From NCBI RefSeq assembly GCF_964355755.1, contig NC_092678.1, positions 18,555,365 to 18,619,364 of the forward strand: a DNA stretch of 64,000 bases, read 5' to 3'. Shown here in pieces: positions 1 to 12,300 of this stretch; positions within the stretch are counted from its first letter, which is position 1, and every line of letters starts with the position of its first letter. Below the pieces are notes generated by a model. That model did no database searches, was not told the DNA's origin, and saw only the letters and a list, made by a program, of their open reading frames with translations. The DNA is from Antedon mediterranea. Taxonomy: Eukaryota > Animalia > Echinodermata. The position numbers and the translations under genes were made by a program.

Positions 1-797
1 AATTCAATTCGCGTATTACCATCAATTTGTTGTTTATATAGACAGATAATTACAACGTTTCTGTTCTTATCTCCACTGAAACGTATCGACAACGTTGAAT
101 ATACAGTGTCATGTGACAGTTATGTTTGGAGGCAGGTTGGTGAATCGATTTAAGATCTGCCAGCCTTTAAGTTTTACAAGATTTACGGATACACCGCGTA
201 TCGATCGCAGGAAATTAGGTCGTGTACGCGCACCGGATGCGCAGACAATAATGAAAAGAAACCTTAAATATATACTCTACGCTGAGTTCTAGCCTTAACA
301 GTGAAGTGTAGTTCCGGCGTCTTCGATGAGTGATTTCTCTACATAAATAAAAGAACGAAAAATAAAACAAGAAAGAAATATTTCAATTAATTAAACTTCG
401 TTGTGTTCCAGGTGGCTGTGAAATCATTAAATAGTCATTGAGTTGAAGGCTAAATTCGAAATAATTGATTTTATATTATGATGATTAGGATTTAAAACTT
501 AATGCAGGTCAAAAGAAATTATAAAATTATTGATATAAATCCAAAGGCAAATTATTTAAAAATTGACAATGTTGTGGGTATCAGTAGCTAGATCTCAATG
601 GATATACAACATTATAATAAGCAACAAGCTAAGTCAAAACGGCCAGAAAGTGCTACGCTTTTGGAAATCGCTACTACTTCGTTAGGCCTTATTATAACTA
701 TTTTTGATTCGCATTTTAAGTTTAAAATAATGGAATTATTTCATATTCCATAAGACAAAATATATAAATAACTTACTAATCTAAAATTCCTTCACTT

Positions 798-834
798 GCA
801 CTAATGAAGGGCTAGTGTTGCCCGAAAGCTCTGC
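798..834 (+). ncRNA. Mutated copy of the same hammerhead (core CUAAUGA)
   Basis: GCA CTAATGA A GGGC-TAGTGTT-GCCC GAAA GCTC TGC; an older inverted copy of the flanking repeat lies at ~575-690. Confidence 0.7.
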
Positions 835-924
835 TAACTTTTCTGGCTATTTTACTGTTAGCTTTCCGCTTTTTTTTGTATCTCCATTGAGACCCAGTTA
901 CTGATAAATTGAAATTTAAATATA

Positions 925-1226
925 TATTTATACTCGGTAACCTCTTCAGTCAAAGACTGGTCTCCCAGAGGGCCCAGTTGGTGATCAGTGGCTGTGATGT
1001 ACTAATACACCGGGGTAACCCCCTACACGTCTCGAAGATGTACTAGGTTCTTTAAAGTGCACACGAGCTAGTTGTGTACACTGGACCTACGGTTTATAGT
1101 CCTTATCCGAGAAGACTCGTTCTACCACCAGAACCATGGAGTGAGTGAGCCTCGAACCCATGCCGCTGTTATGTCTACGTAATTACGGTTCCACTGTCTA
1201 AAACCGCTCGGCCACTCACTCACTCA
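925..1226 (-). mobile_element. tRNA-derived SINE with MetaSINE-like core
   Basis: A box TGGCCGAGCGG, B box GGTTCGAGGC; core GGATAAGGACTATAAACCGTAGGTCC...CACTTTAAAGAACC shared with 23570-23915 and ~29330-29460. Confidence 0.85.
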
Positions 1227-1629
1227 CAGCATTGTCATTTTTTTCTGTTATTTGCCTTTGGATTTACTTACTAAACAAACATACACATTACAGTAAAGGA
1301 ATGTTTCCAACTCACTCAATTGAAACCCTGCGTTTTATAAGGAAATATTGACTCAAACTTATGAACAGTCATTTATTATACAGAGTTTGACAGTAAAATT
1401 ATATTATATTTTACATGTGACACACATGTGTCGCTTTATTTAGGAATTTGACTATGCTGCTGTATGATGAAATAGGCCTAGTGAAGATACAGCACAGTTA
1501 TTTTATTTTTCAGTAATAGAAATTGCGTCGTATGAAATCGCGTTCAATTCAAGATAAATTTGTGAGAATCAGTAAAAAATGATAATTCTCAAAACTTGTC
1601 CATTTTTATTATCCATTATTTTCAATTAA

Positions 1630-2670
1630 CACTTTGACTGCCAGAGGTTTTTCCAGTTAGAAACTGCCACCGCCAGCGTTTATAGCCCAATTCGATGTTT
1701 TTATCAAAGCTGATTGAAACTATGTATGTGATCTGATTTACATGTAATTTAGACTAAAATAATCAAAAAGATTTTAGCTTTACAATGGTACCAAGAACGA
1801 TTTTCAAATCGCAATATGTAAATCGTAATAGTAAAATGAAAGTAACCCACTTTTTGAGTTTTTCGTAGTTTTGCGCAAGAAAGTCGAGATATACGCAATT
1901 TTGTGCAAGACATCACAATATGAAAATATCGCCCGGTGAGATCAACAAACAACGAAAAATTACTTACACGGCACCGTTAGGCCTATAAAAACAAGTTATC
2001 ACTATCGAAAAATGTATTATATTTTATAAATCATAAATCTTACACCAATGTTTCGCCAAAATCCACATAGTAAAGACACCAGGCCTAGTTAACTAGGCCT
2101 AAAGTTGGTCCAGAACAGTTTTACGACTAGGCCTAGGCTATAGCCTAGTACTACTAGCCTTGCTAGTAAAATGATGATAATATTCATACCATTTCTAAAC
2201 AAGTTTGTTGCGTGAAACTCGGCCACTTACAGTGAAGCACCAAAACAATTAGGGTATACATACAATAATAAAATTAAAGACTTCATATTGAAAATTCATC
2301 CATTATTTTTTATTCAGATAACAAACAAACATTCCAATCCACATAAACCTTTGTAATGCTTCGGCGGCATAGCTAGCGCGCGACCGATACACAATGCGCC
2401 AAACCATTGCTGTACGCGCTACTGTGATGCGCGGTGTATGTTATTTCGACAGGTACCATTTTGACAATCGTTCGTAACCAGATTAGTTACTTTCAAAAAG
2501 TAAAATATTCACGGTCCAGACCGAATATAGTGTCCATATTTATAGTATATACCAATAATTAACCTATCTACCGGATTTCGTAAAAAACGCGAAAAACGAA
2601 GATCTTCGTGTTTGGCAGTCAAGCGTTGTGTTTCCAAAAACGAAGATCTTCGTGTTTGGCAGTCAAAGTG
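1630..2670. mobile_element. Non-autonomous piggyBac-like element
   Basis: TIR CACTTTGACTGCCA at both ends, TTAA on both sides; ~43-bp subterminal duplication at the right end. Confidence 0.8.
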
Positions 2671-3399
2671 TTAAAAGTTACACTTGTATGTTGTTTTTTC
2701 TTTTAAATTTCAGACTTATAATCAGAATATTAAAATATTCTGATTATCATAACCCTGCCATTATTTCATCAAAAATAATTTTTAGATTTATCCTTTTTTT
2801 TAATCATTTTCAATCGTCAACCATTTTGATATAGGCATTCGGGTGTTTCCGGTACTCCTGGCATGGCCATTCATAAATGTTTAGATTTAGTTTATTGAGG
2901 TCATGTGATTATAGAAATGTCACTAGGTAGATATTAACTGACTATCGAAAGTAATTTTATTTTTATTTATACTTTGATGACAGATTATAATTTAAAATGT
3001 GTAATTATTTTGTTTAATAAAAATTATTAAACAGTGGGGTGTTCATATACAATCCGGATTAGGGTTATAGTATTCCTTTCCACATGTTAACAAATTCCCC
3101 CATGAGAATAATTCGTATAAACGCACAAATTTTGGGACAAATCAAAAATGTTAACCCAGATTTAGTATAATGTTAAAAATACGTTTGAATGTTAATTGCT
3201 CGAAGGAATAAGATAATTAAAAAAAGGTCTGACCTTACACATATTATTATATTGTGTATGTACAAATCCATGTCTCGTAAAATATTTTTTTGACAGAACA
3301 CGGACTCATACAAGGTTTTCTTTGAGAGACACTTCCTCATTGCATATTAATATATTGATTATAAACATAGGCCCCTAAGTAAACAAAAAAACAAAAAAT

Positions 3400-3600
3400 C
3401 ATGTCAATCAATTTATTAAAAATTTTAACAGAGCTTCTGAACGTCACCATCATAATAATCATGTATTAAACGTCGTTCTATTCTTTATTATGGTCCAATT
3501 ATATGGAATAAACTCTCCGAAAACTTGAAAAACAAATTCTCTTTAAATAGCTTTAAACACTGCGTAAAGAAATATCTGGTCTCTGAATACAGCACTTAAG
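3400..3600 (+). mobile_element. Old CR1/L2-like LINE 3' remnant
   Basis: FYYGPIIWNKLSENLKNKFSLNSFKHCVKKYL, typical ORF2 C-terminus. Confidence 0.65.
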
Positions 3601-3632
3601 TTTCTGCAATCATTTTATTTAATTTTATTTAA

Positions 3633-4178
3633 AGATGTATTGTCCCTTTGAGTAATTCCCAAAAACATTTTTTTTTAATATTTCAAAACAAAGTCGTTAT
3701 TTTGAAGTATCATGATAGTTATTAACTTTCACCAAACATTAGTTGAAAAAAAAAATAATTCAACCGAAATACGGACGTTTTTTGGTTCAAAAAATAACTT
3801 TGACTTCCAGTCAAAGTTTTCGATCAAAACATATTCATAATGCAACGCGCTTGTTTGACTACTCTGTATGTATAATCATAAAACTTCCTCGCGATCTGTG
3901 TGAAAACACCTTCTCAACCGCGACGAGTTGTAAACAATCCTAATTAGCATCATGCATAATGCATACTCGTGGTTTGAAATCTTTGTTTACTTTCGCTCGT
4001 GAGATTTTCCAGATGAAATGTAATCAAATTAATTTAACTGTTAATTACGTAAACTTGTTGTTTTTGCCTCGAATTTTCGACTTAAAGTGAATAAACTTTA
4101 ATATTACTTTGATATGGCCAATTTAAATTTAGAATATTTTGACCGTCATTTTTTTGTGTTTCAAGGGACAATACATCT
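3633..4178. mobile_element. Kolobok-like MITE, copy 1
   Basis: TIR AGATGTATTGTCCCTT, TTAA TSD; highly similar to 49358-49894. Confidence 0.8.
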
Positions 4179-4328
4179 TTAAGAATTAAAATTTAGATTA
4201 ACTTTAAACTATTCTTTCAGTCATGCTTCAACTCAGTTAAAGGTGGCTATAACCTAAAGTTATTGTTTTAACGTATTATAGTATTTGTATTCAATTCCTG
4301 TGATTTTACTACACGTAGTTTGTTTACA

Positions 4329-4740
4329 CCGTTGCAATAACCACTTAAACGCGATTATACCGTTACTATAATACGTTAAATGTTATTATAATAAGTTAAA
4401 CGCGTTTATACCGTTATTATAATAGGTTAAACGCGAATATACCGTTACTATAATACGTTAAATGTTATTATAATAAGTTAAACGTGTTTATACCGTTATT
4501 ATAATAAGTTAAACGTGGTTAAATATACTGTTATTATGATAAGTTATACCTGTTGATACCGTTATTATAATAAGGTATACGCATTTATACCGTTATTATA
4601 ATACGTTATACGCGTTTATACCGTTATTATAATAAGTTAAACGCGTTTATACCATTACTATAATAACTTAAACGCGTTTCTACCGTTACTATGATAAGTT
4701 AAACGCGTTTATACCGTTACTATAATAAATTAACGCGTTG
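4329..4740. repeat. ~31-bp minisatellite (~13 units)
   Basis: CCGTTATTATAATAAGTTAAACGCGTTTATA repeated. Confidence 0.9.
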
Positions 4741-5155
4741 GTATGACCACTTTAACGTATACATACTGAGGATTACGCATTTTTTCTAATGTCTACTAAC
4801 ATTTTATTTTTTCAATTTAAATTAATTAAATCGACGGAAATTAATCCTTCTGTTTTGAATATTGTGTCACAAAATGACGTAGATGGCTAAATGCTTGGAA
4901 CAAACAATTTACCAGTGTTTGTATCAATATTTCAACTTGTTATTTTTTTAGCTTGATTTAATTTATTTTTTATTTCGAATTTGTCCTAAGTATCAAAATT
5001 GATGTTTAAAGGGAAGTAGAAGACATGTTATATTCATAACGTTATCAATGCAAGGAATTATATAACTGCCTAACAAAACCCTAAAATCTCAGATAAGAAA
5101 AAATAGATCCTAAATTTGTGCAGGGTTATAACAGTATGTATATCTCCGTTACAAA

Positions 5156-5786
5156 ACCTGGAATTATATCAGGATTGAACACTGGAGCTAGATCATGATT
5201 GAACACTGGAGCTAGATCAGGATTGAACCCTGGAGCTAGATCATGATTGAACCCTGGAGCTAGATCAGGATTGAACCCTGGAGCTAGATCAGGATTGAAC
5301 CCTGGAGCTAGATCATGATTGAACCCTGGAGCTAGATCATGATTGAACCCTGGAGCTAGATCATGATTGAACCCTGGAGCTAGATCATGATTGAACCCTG
5401 GAGCTAGATCAGGATTGAACCCTGGAGCTAGATCAGGATTGAACCCTGGAGCTAGATCAGGATTGAACCCTGGAGCTAGATCAGGATTGAACCCTGGAGC
5501 TAGATCAGGATTGAACCCTGGAGTTATATCAGGATTGAAACCTGGAGCTAGATCATGATTGAACCCCCGGGGCTAGATCAGGATTGAACCCTGGAGCTAG
5601 ATCAGGATTGAACCCTGGAGCTAGATCAGGATTGAATCCTGGAGCTAGATCAGGATTGAATCCTGAAGCTAGATCAGTATTGAACCCTGGAGCTAGATCA
5701 GCATTGAACCCTGGAACTAGATCAGGATTGAACCACCCAGGAGCTAGATAAGTATTGAACCCTCGAGCTAGATCAGGATTGAACCC
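5156..5786. repeat. 24-bp minisatellite (~26 units)
   Basis: CCCTGGAGCTAGATCAGGATTGAA repeated with very high identity. Confidence 0.95.
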
Positions 5787-6884
5787 TTTGAATTGGAAGG
5801 CAAGTACGTTAAGCAACGATATACAGCTCTTCCTCCATTTATCCACATTTTTTTGTTTACTAATTTCTTATTATTATAATAATTCACCATAGTGATTTAT
5901 GTCTACTCTGAAAACGTTTCGTTTTTTTAATTTTTAATATAGGCCTACACACTAACAACTAGTTGTAGTAAGCCTTTTGTTTTTATTTCAGTTAATAATG
6001 AACCTTTCATTTTTATTTTAAAACTCATAAATCATAAATTCAAAAACCTATATGTATTTATGTATACAATATCATGCAAGTTATTATTAATAATTTGTCT
6101 CGGATATAAAACATTTATTATTCAAGTAACATGGTACGAAAGCGTAGATACTGTACTGTGGTAAATAATCCCTCGTTTATAATAAATGGGGCAGTTACAT
6201 TTTGATTGATTCTGTGGTTATGTAGGTATAGACCTATATATTTATTTTAATTATATCTGTTGTTGTTGTGCATTAATTGCACTATATCATAATAGTGTAA
6301 AGGGAAGAGAACGATAGAAGGTGGTATTTGAAATTAAGCGAGTCAATTTCAGTTACTTTGACAACAAGTTAATGAATTTGAATAGTCATGTCTTATGATA
6401 ACTAGTGGAACCTTTTTTGGCTTTGTAATTTACATCATATTTTGTCGATTGGGTCTGCGGGGGCCAAAGCTGAGAGAAAACGCTAATGACACAATTATAT
6501 ATATAAATGCACATAAGTTTTATGCCTGTGGGTTGATTAACGTAGAACAATAACAATACACATATGATAATCGACAACAAAAACCACAAGACTAAAGATA
6601 TGTTAAAAATTTGTGACGTGATTGTTTAAATGATTCAACTCAATTGATAATTTTCAAATAGCATCTTGTCTATTTTCCTCCAGACGTAGGAGTAAAATGA
6701 TATATTATACAGTAGGCACATTGCCATCAAATATACACGTCACACAAGAAACTTTATTTGTGAATGTTAGGCAAATACTACGAATATCTACTACAGAAAG
6801 GAGACACCCTCGGGACCCGGCAAAGTGTACCTATTTTAGGGTATCTTGATGTTCAAAAGTGTTCACATTAACGGGTACGTATCC

Positions 6885-7510
6885 TCTTAGGGTGTCCCAT
6901 TAGTAGGATAGACTGTAGTGTTGCAACATAGGCATACAATTTTATTTCATGGAAAAGTGTCTCCTTAATAAGGGTGTCCCATGAATAGGGGTTGGCTGTA
7001 GTGTAAACATGGGGCCTACAATTTCGTTCTATAGAAAAGTGTCCCCTTAATATGAGTGTCCCATGAATAGGGGTTGGCTGTAGTGTAAATATGGGACCTA
7101 GAATTTTGTATGGCTGTAGTGTTGCAACATAGGCATAACATTTTATTTTATGGAAAAGTGTCCACTTAATAAGGGTGTCCCATGAATAGGGGTTGGCTGT
7201 AGTGTAAATATGGGACCTACAATTTTGTTTTATGGAAAAGTGACCCCTTAATAAGGGTGTCCCATGAATAGTGGTTAGCTGTAGTGTAAACATAGGGCCT
7301 ACAACTTCGTTTTATGGAAAATTGTCCTCTTAATAAGAGTTTCCAATGAATAGGGGTTGGCTGCAGTGTAAATATGGGGCCTACATTTTTTTTTTATGGA
7401 ATAGTGTCCCCTTAATAAAGGTGTCCCATGAATAGGGGTTGGCTGTAGTATACCCATAGGGCCTACAACTTCTTTTCATCGAAAACTGTTCCTTAAGAAG
7501 GGGTATCCCA
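6885..7510. repeat. ~82-bp tandem repeat (~7 units), probably derived from the Tc1/mariner MITE interior
   Basis: TAATAAGGGTGTCCCATGAATAGGGGTTGGCTGTAGTGTAAA...GGAAAAGTGTCCCC units; inverted similarity to the interior of 24658-24858. Confidence 0.8.
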
Positions 7511-8186
7511 GAAAGACCTCATCGTAGAAGGTTTACTTCAGTAAAATTTAAAAAAAAACACAATAAACAACATAACTACGTTTTCAACAAGCCGATTTGA
7601 GGTTTTTTCCCTTCATTAGAAACCAAGTGAGCGTACAAGGAGAAGCTAGGAGTGATGCATTATCTCTGTTCTGTTTCATTACCGTAGAAAAGGAAATAGG
7701 TTAAATAGATAAAGTAGTCCCTAACCATAATGACATTGAAAAAGCAGCGTCTTAGCTAGATACTAAATGAGAAAGACGTTAATTTCTACGAACCATAATG
7801 CTATACGAATTTATCGCCAATTTTATTATTTTATACTAACACATCTCTTTTTATAATCAATATCTTATTGATAAATTATAATCACTTTCACTTATTTTTA
7901 TAGACTTTTAAATTGGTAATTATGCTTAATTGAATTTATAATATTGAAAATAATGTTATTCGTGTTGTTAGTTCTCTGGATAACTGATATTCTCTTTCAA
8001 ACTGTACGGTATCAGGTAAATCCCTAAATACAGTGTCGCATTTCTATCACTGAACAAATTAAGATATACAGCCATATGTCAAAGAATCACAATGACTTTT
8101 TCCGCATCAAAGCTAAACTTATTAATCTTACCATGCCTATTATATATTGTAAGTATTATTGCATTATAGTTACTGTGAAGCCCAAC

Positions 8187-8259
8187 ATTTTCGCGCGCCC
8201 TTTATTTTCGCGACTTTTGCAATTGAACAACGATCGCGAAAATAAAGGGCGCGCGAAAA
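8187..8259. repeat. Perfect 26-bp inverted repeat (likely DNA-transposon end)
   Basis: TTTTCGCGCGCCCTTTATTTTCGCGA / TCGCGAAAATAAAGGGCGCGCGAAAA. Confidence 0.75.
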
Positions 8260-8718
8260 TCCCAACAATGTTGTGTACAGTCAATCAGGCCTAGCCTAGG
8301 CTTAGTTGACCAGGCCTAGCCTAAATAGGAAAAAAATAAATAGGCCTTCTAATTGTGTATTCTTTGAAACATTTACGAACCCTGATTTATATTGTTTTTG
8401 TTCAGGTAAAATAAAATGCAACCGACCGAAAACGCTAGCTAGGCCCTACTCAGCCTGCGCTGCATTATACCTATTATAGATCTCAATCTTCCCTGCTAGA
8501 CAGTAATTCAAACTTCTTACTTATCGGTTAACTTACGATGTTTTCCAATTTATAAATATGATGATAATATGTCTATATATATATAGGCTTATATAAATAA
8601 TACGGGTTATTTACGATGCACAATCCGGTTGACTGAAAAAAAAAGAAGATGGAAGTGTTTATAATGGCATCCTATCGTCGAGTCGTAGTTTAGGCCTACT
8701 ACAACTTCCTGCTACAAC

Positions 8719-8850
8719 ACCTCACCCCATCCTCACCCCACCCTCACCCCATTCTCACCCCACCCTCACCCCACCCTCACCCCACCCCACCCCATCCTCA
8801 CCCCACCCTCACCCCACTCTCACCCCACCCTCACCACACCCTCACTCCAA
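8719..8850 (-). repeat. (TGGGGTGAGG)n 10-bp repeat with G-quadruplex potential
   Basis: About 13 units of CCTCACCCCA on the + strand. Confidence 0.85.
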
Positions 8851-9179
8851 TCTAAATGTACTTTAATATTGAATTCATAGTTTAGGTGGATTTTGATCTA
8901 TATGATGCTTTTTTACATTACAGATTATAATCCAATATATAGCAGCCGCGCGGCAAACCTGCCTAAGTGCTCTCATTGTGTCCATATAAACACATTTTTA
9001 AATCAATTACCACTAAGGTTATTTTCATTTTTCAAAAAATTAATCATGCTTTTGTTACAGTTGATCCGAACATTCTACAAATGGGCGTGATGACTATGTT
9101 AAAGAACGTTTCATTATTGACCAATTTACCACGCCAGTGATTGTGGAAATCGGAAGAATTGTTATTCTGTGTATATACC

Positions 9180-9280
9180 CTGATTGGTCAATCGTATTTG
9201 TGACGTGTATTCGGCTCACGTACGCTATCAATTTCCTTGCAAATAGTGTTTATATAGATTGTGCTTGTTAAATTTCAGAC
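9180..9280 (+). promoter_or_regulatory. Putative core promoter of the peptide precursor gene
   Basis: Reverse CCAAT (ATTGG 9183), CRE-like TGACGT at 9201, TATATAGA at 9251, Inr-like TCAG ~26 bp downstream, ATG at 9318. Confidence 0.45.
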
Positions 9281-9317
9281 ACATCTCTACTAGAATACTA
9301 TTATACCGACCACGAAG

Positions 9318-12300
9318 ATGTTTTTCTTAAACTTAGTTACGTTATTGTGCATCAGTATATCTTTAATGTTCGTTGTACAGTCGACGGATACAGACAACGC
9401 TAGGCAAAAATCGAACGCCGACACTCTAGATTATCACGCGCTTTTTCGAAAATTTATTGGTAGTAAGCCATTTCTGATACCAGACGAGCATTTTCAATTT
9501 ATGAATCGGCCAGATGGCAGACGACTTAAAGACATGACGTTCTCAGGTTTCTTCGACACCACACCAATGCCTCTAGCAGACTCAGAAGAACCTTTTGTAA
9601 AACAGGATAACACGAGGGGATTGGGTTCGTTAAACCAGATAGATTACAATCCATCAGATTGGAACAGTTTTGTTTTTTCGGTAAGGCAATAATCCATTTG
9701 TATACTTACTTACGGGTTACTCAGTTACCGTGCGTATTAGGCATATATACGCTACTTTGTACTTTTACTAGACTAGGCCAATTGAAAATGTTACTACGGT
9801 ATTGTATGCCTACTTTGTGTTTAAATTACCTACATTTAGGAGTTAGGCCTACTCGGCCTAAACGCTCCATTTGGCTTAGTTGAGGCTTGTCCACATAAAC
9901 AAACAAATGTAACAAGGTTTATTATTTCATGTGGAAAAATAAAATAAATGAAATGAATGCATTTAAATAGGTATTTTTGTGACAGTTACAAAATCTAAGA
10001 CCCTGTTTACATTGGAACTCGTTCATTTGAATAGGTATTTTTGTGATAGTTACAAAATCTAAGACCCTGTTTACACTGGAACTCGTTTCCATGGTGTTTT
10101 GTTGGAAGAAATGTATTCTTTAGATCTTTTATTATGTGCTTTATTGCACTGTGTATTTAAAATGTTACTACGGTACTGTACTCGGTGTTCAAATCACAGT
10201 TATTGCAGTATCGTAATATATAATATGTATACGTTGTAACTTCTTGCGAAATTTACATGTTTTGTAGTCTTAGTAGACACTTATTGTTTTATATTTATTT
10301 GTGTTTCATTGTTATATAAGTTTATGGACACACATTCACACGTTGAAGGGTTTTTCTGATACAAAAGTGAATTCCAAATAGATTATACTTATTTTTGTTT
10401 AAAAAAATTGAATGTCTAGGGTTATATTCATATAAATCTGAAACTACTTGCTTTATGATTATTACAAATTATATCTTAACTTTAATCTTTAAGAGTATCC
10501 TTTACTTTCTTCACAAAAAAATGTATACAACCTTACTAGACTAATACAAAAATTGGCAAGAGCTAAAGGTACACTACTAACGAACCAAGGTAATTTCAAA
10601 ATGCAATAAGTTTTAAGTTTATCTGTTTCAGGCAGTAGGCCCGAATCTACTAGATAATGTTTGCGCTCAAATTTTTACTAGAAATCGTCACATATACTAG
10701 GCCTACTCGATATGTTTTTTCTGTGATTATTATTACTATTATTATATTAAAGTGATTATTAGGAACATATTTTTCTTCAGGTAGGCCCTCTCGTAATTAA
10801 TCAAATCATAGTCCTACGTGAAACTAAAAACATTAAAGAGTTGTTTTAATGTTTTTTATTCCCAACTTGCTTATAATTTTTTTCTGGGAGCCTAGGCGTA
10901 AAGTTATTAAACTTATATATGATTTCCTTCCACACATACTATGCTTTTATTGGTTATTATCACAAATATTTATAGTATTTATATAATTATTATTTTATGT
11001 ATTTTTAATATATGTGTGGAGAACATTTATTGAATATTTATCTATGGAATATTGAATAAACAAATCACAAATCAAATAATTTTACATATAAAATAGAAGG
11101 CCTTAAACAATATTATGTATTTGTAGAGAGTAGGAAACCTCCAGCTAAATGGCTAAGCAGAAAATTGAGTATCTTAGGGAGTCTCATTTGATTTGTTATA
11201 CGTAAATATATAACTAGGTCTGTAACATAAATTACGCGATATACTCGTACTGTTGATAAGAAAGTGTGCATAGCGCAATTAATTAATCAAACTATACGTT
11301 TGTCGATAACAAAGTGAGAAAAAACGATGCGCCGGTGAAAAAAAGTAAATTGATTCTTTATGCTATCATACGTTTAATTGCCAATTTAAATTATGCGGTG
11401 TCAGTCATTAAATCCGTAAAAAATATGTTATCAATATTAAAATTAATTTGAATTACTTATTTCAAAAGGACCTGAGAAGTTCAGGTTCTACAAAAATCAA
11501 ATCGAGAAACAATATTGTAGTTGATATTCAACTCTTAAATGTACTTTACTTTATTCATTTAGCATCCATTGAACAATACATTTAAAATACATAAACAAAG
11601 AATAGATACAACAAAAATTGGGATTTAAAAATGTATAAAATAAAGTGAATGGATAGGAGTCAGTCAGTTTATTTCCAATGGGGTCCATGGTCGTCAGTTT
11701 AAATAGGGACATTTAATTTCTTGGAATTTGTGTTCTACTAACGTTTACAATACGTTAAAGATGTGTTTCCCCGCTGATAAATAATTTGTTATTAAATTGT
11801 TGTTGAATATGCCAGTTTAATGTCACATAATAGTTATCCACTTTGACCAAAATTGGATCGAAACAAAATTGATTTACCTGTAAAAACTACTGCACCGTAA
11901 GTTAAAGCAGCAACATTATCAAATTGGCTGTCAGACAATGGATTTTTCGTTTTTTAGTCGCGTGGATGCGACTCTATAGTTCACTATGTCGGTCGGTCTG
12001 TCGGTCTGTCGGTCCGGTATCACTATGCGTTTTATCGATTTTCTGTACTTTGTGAACTGTTTTGATGTACAGACAATTAGTCGCGTGGGTGGACGCGACT
12101 CTATAGTTCACTATGTCGGTCGGTCTGTCGGTCTGTCTGTCGGTCCGGTATCACTATGCGTTTTATCGCTTTTCTGTACTTTTTTTTACTGTGTTGATGT
12201 ACAGACAATTAGTCGCGTGGGTGGACGCGACTCTATAGTTCACTATGTCCGTCGGTCTGTCGGTCTGTCGGTCTGTCTGTCGGTCCGGTATCACTATGCG

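Noticed and set aside
45-340. Higher-GC, exon-like stretch at the window start
   Set aside because: No long uninterrupted frame with a recognisable motif or clear splice pair; cannot support a gene.
5553-5846. ORF with (GFNPDLAP)n repeats
   Set aside because: By-product of the 24-bp minisatellite; no splice context. Not CRISPR either, since there are no unique spacers.
6868-7293. 141-aa - strand ORF
   Set aside because: Translation of an 82-bp tandem repeat.
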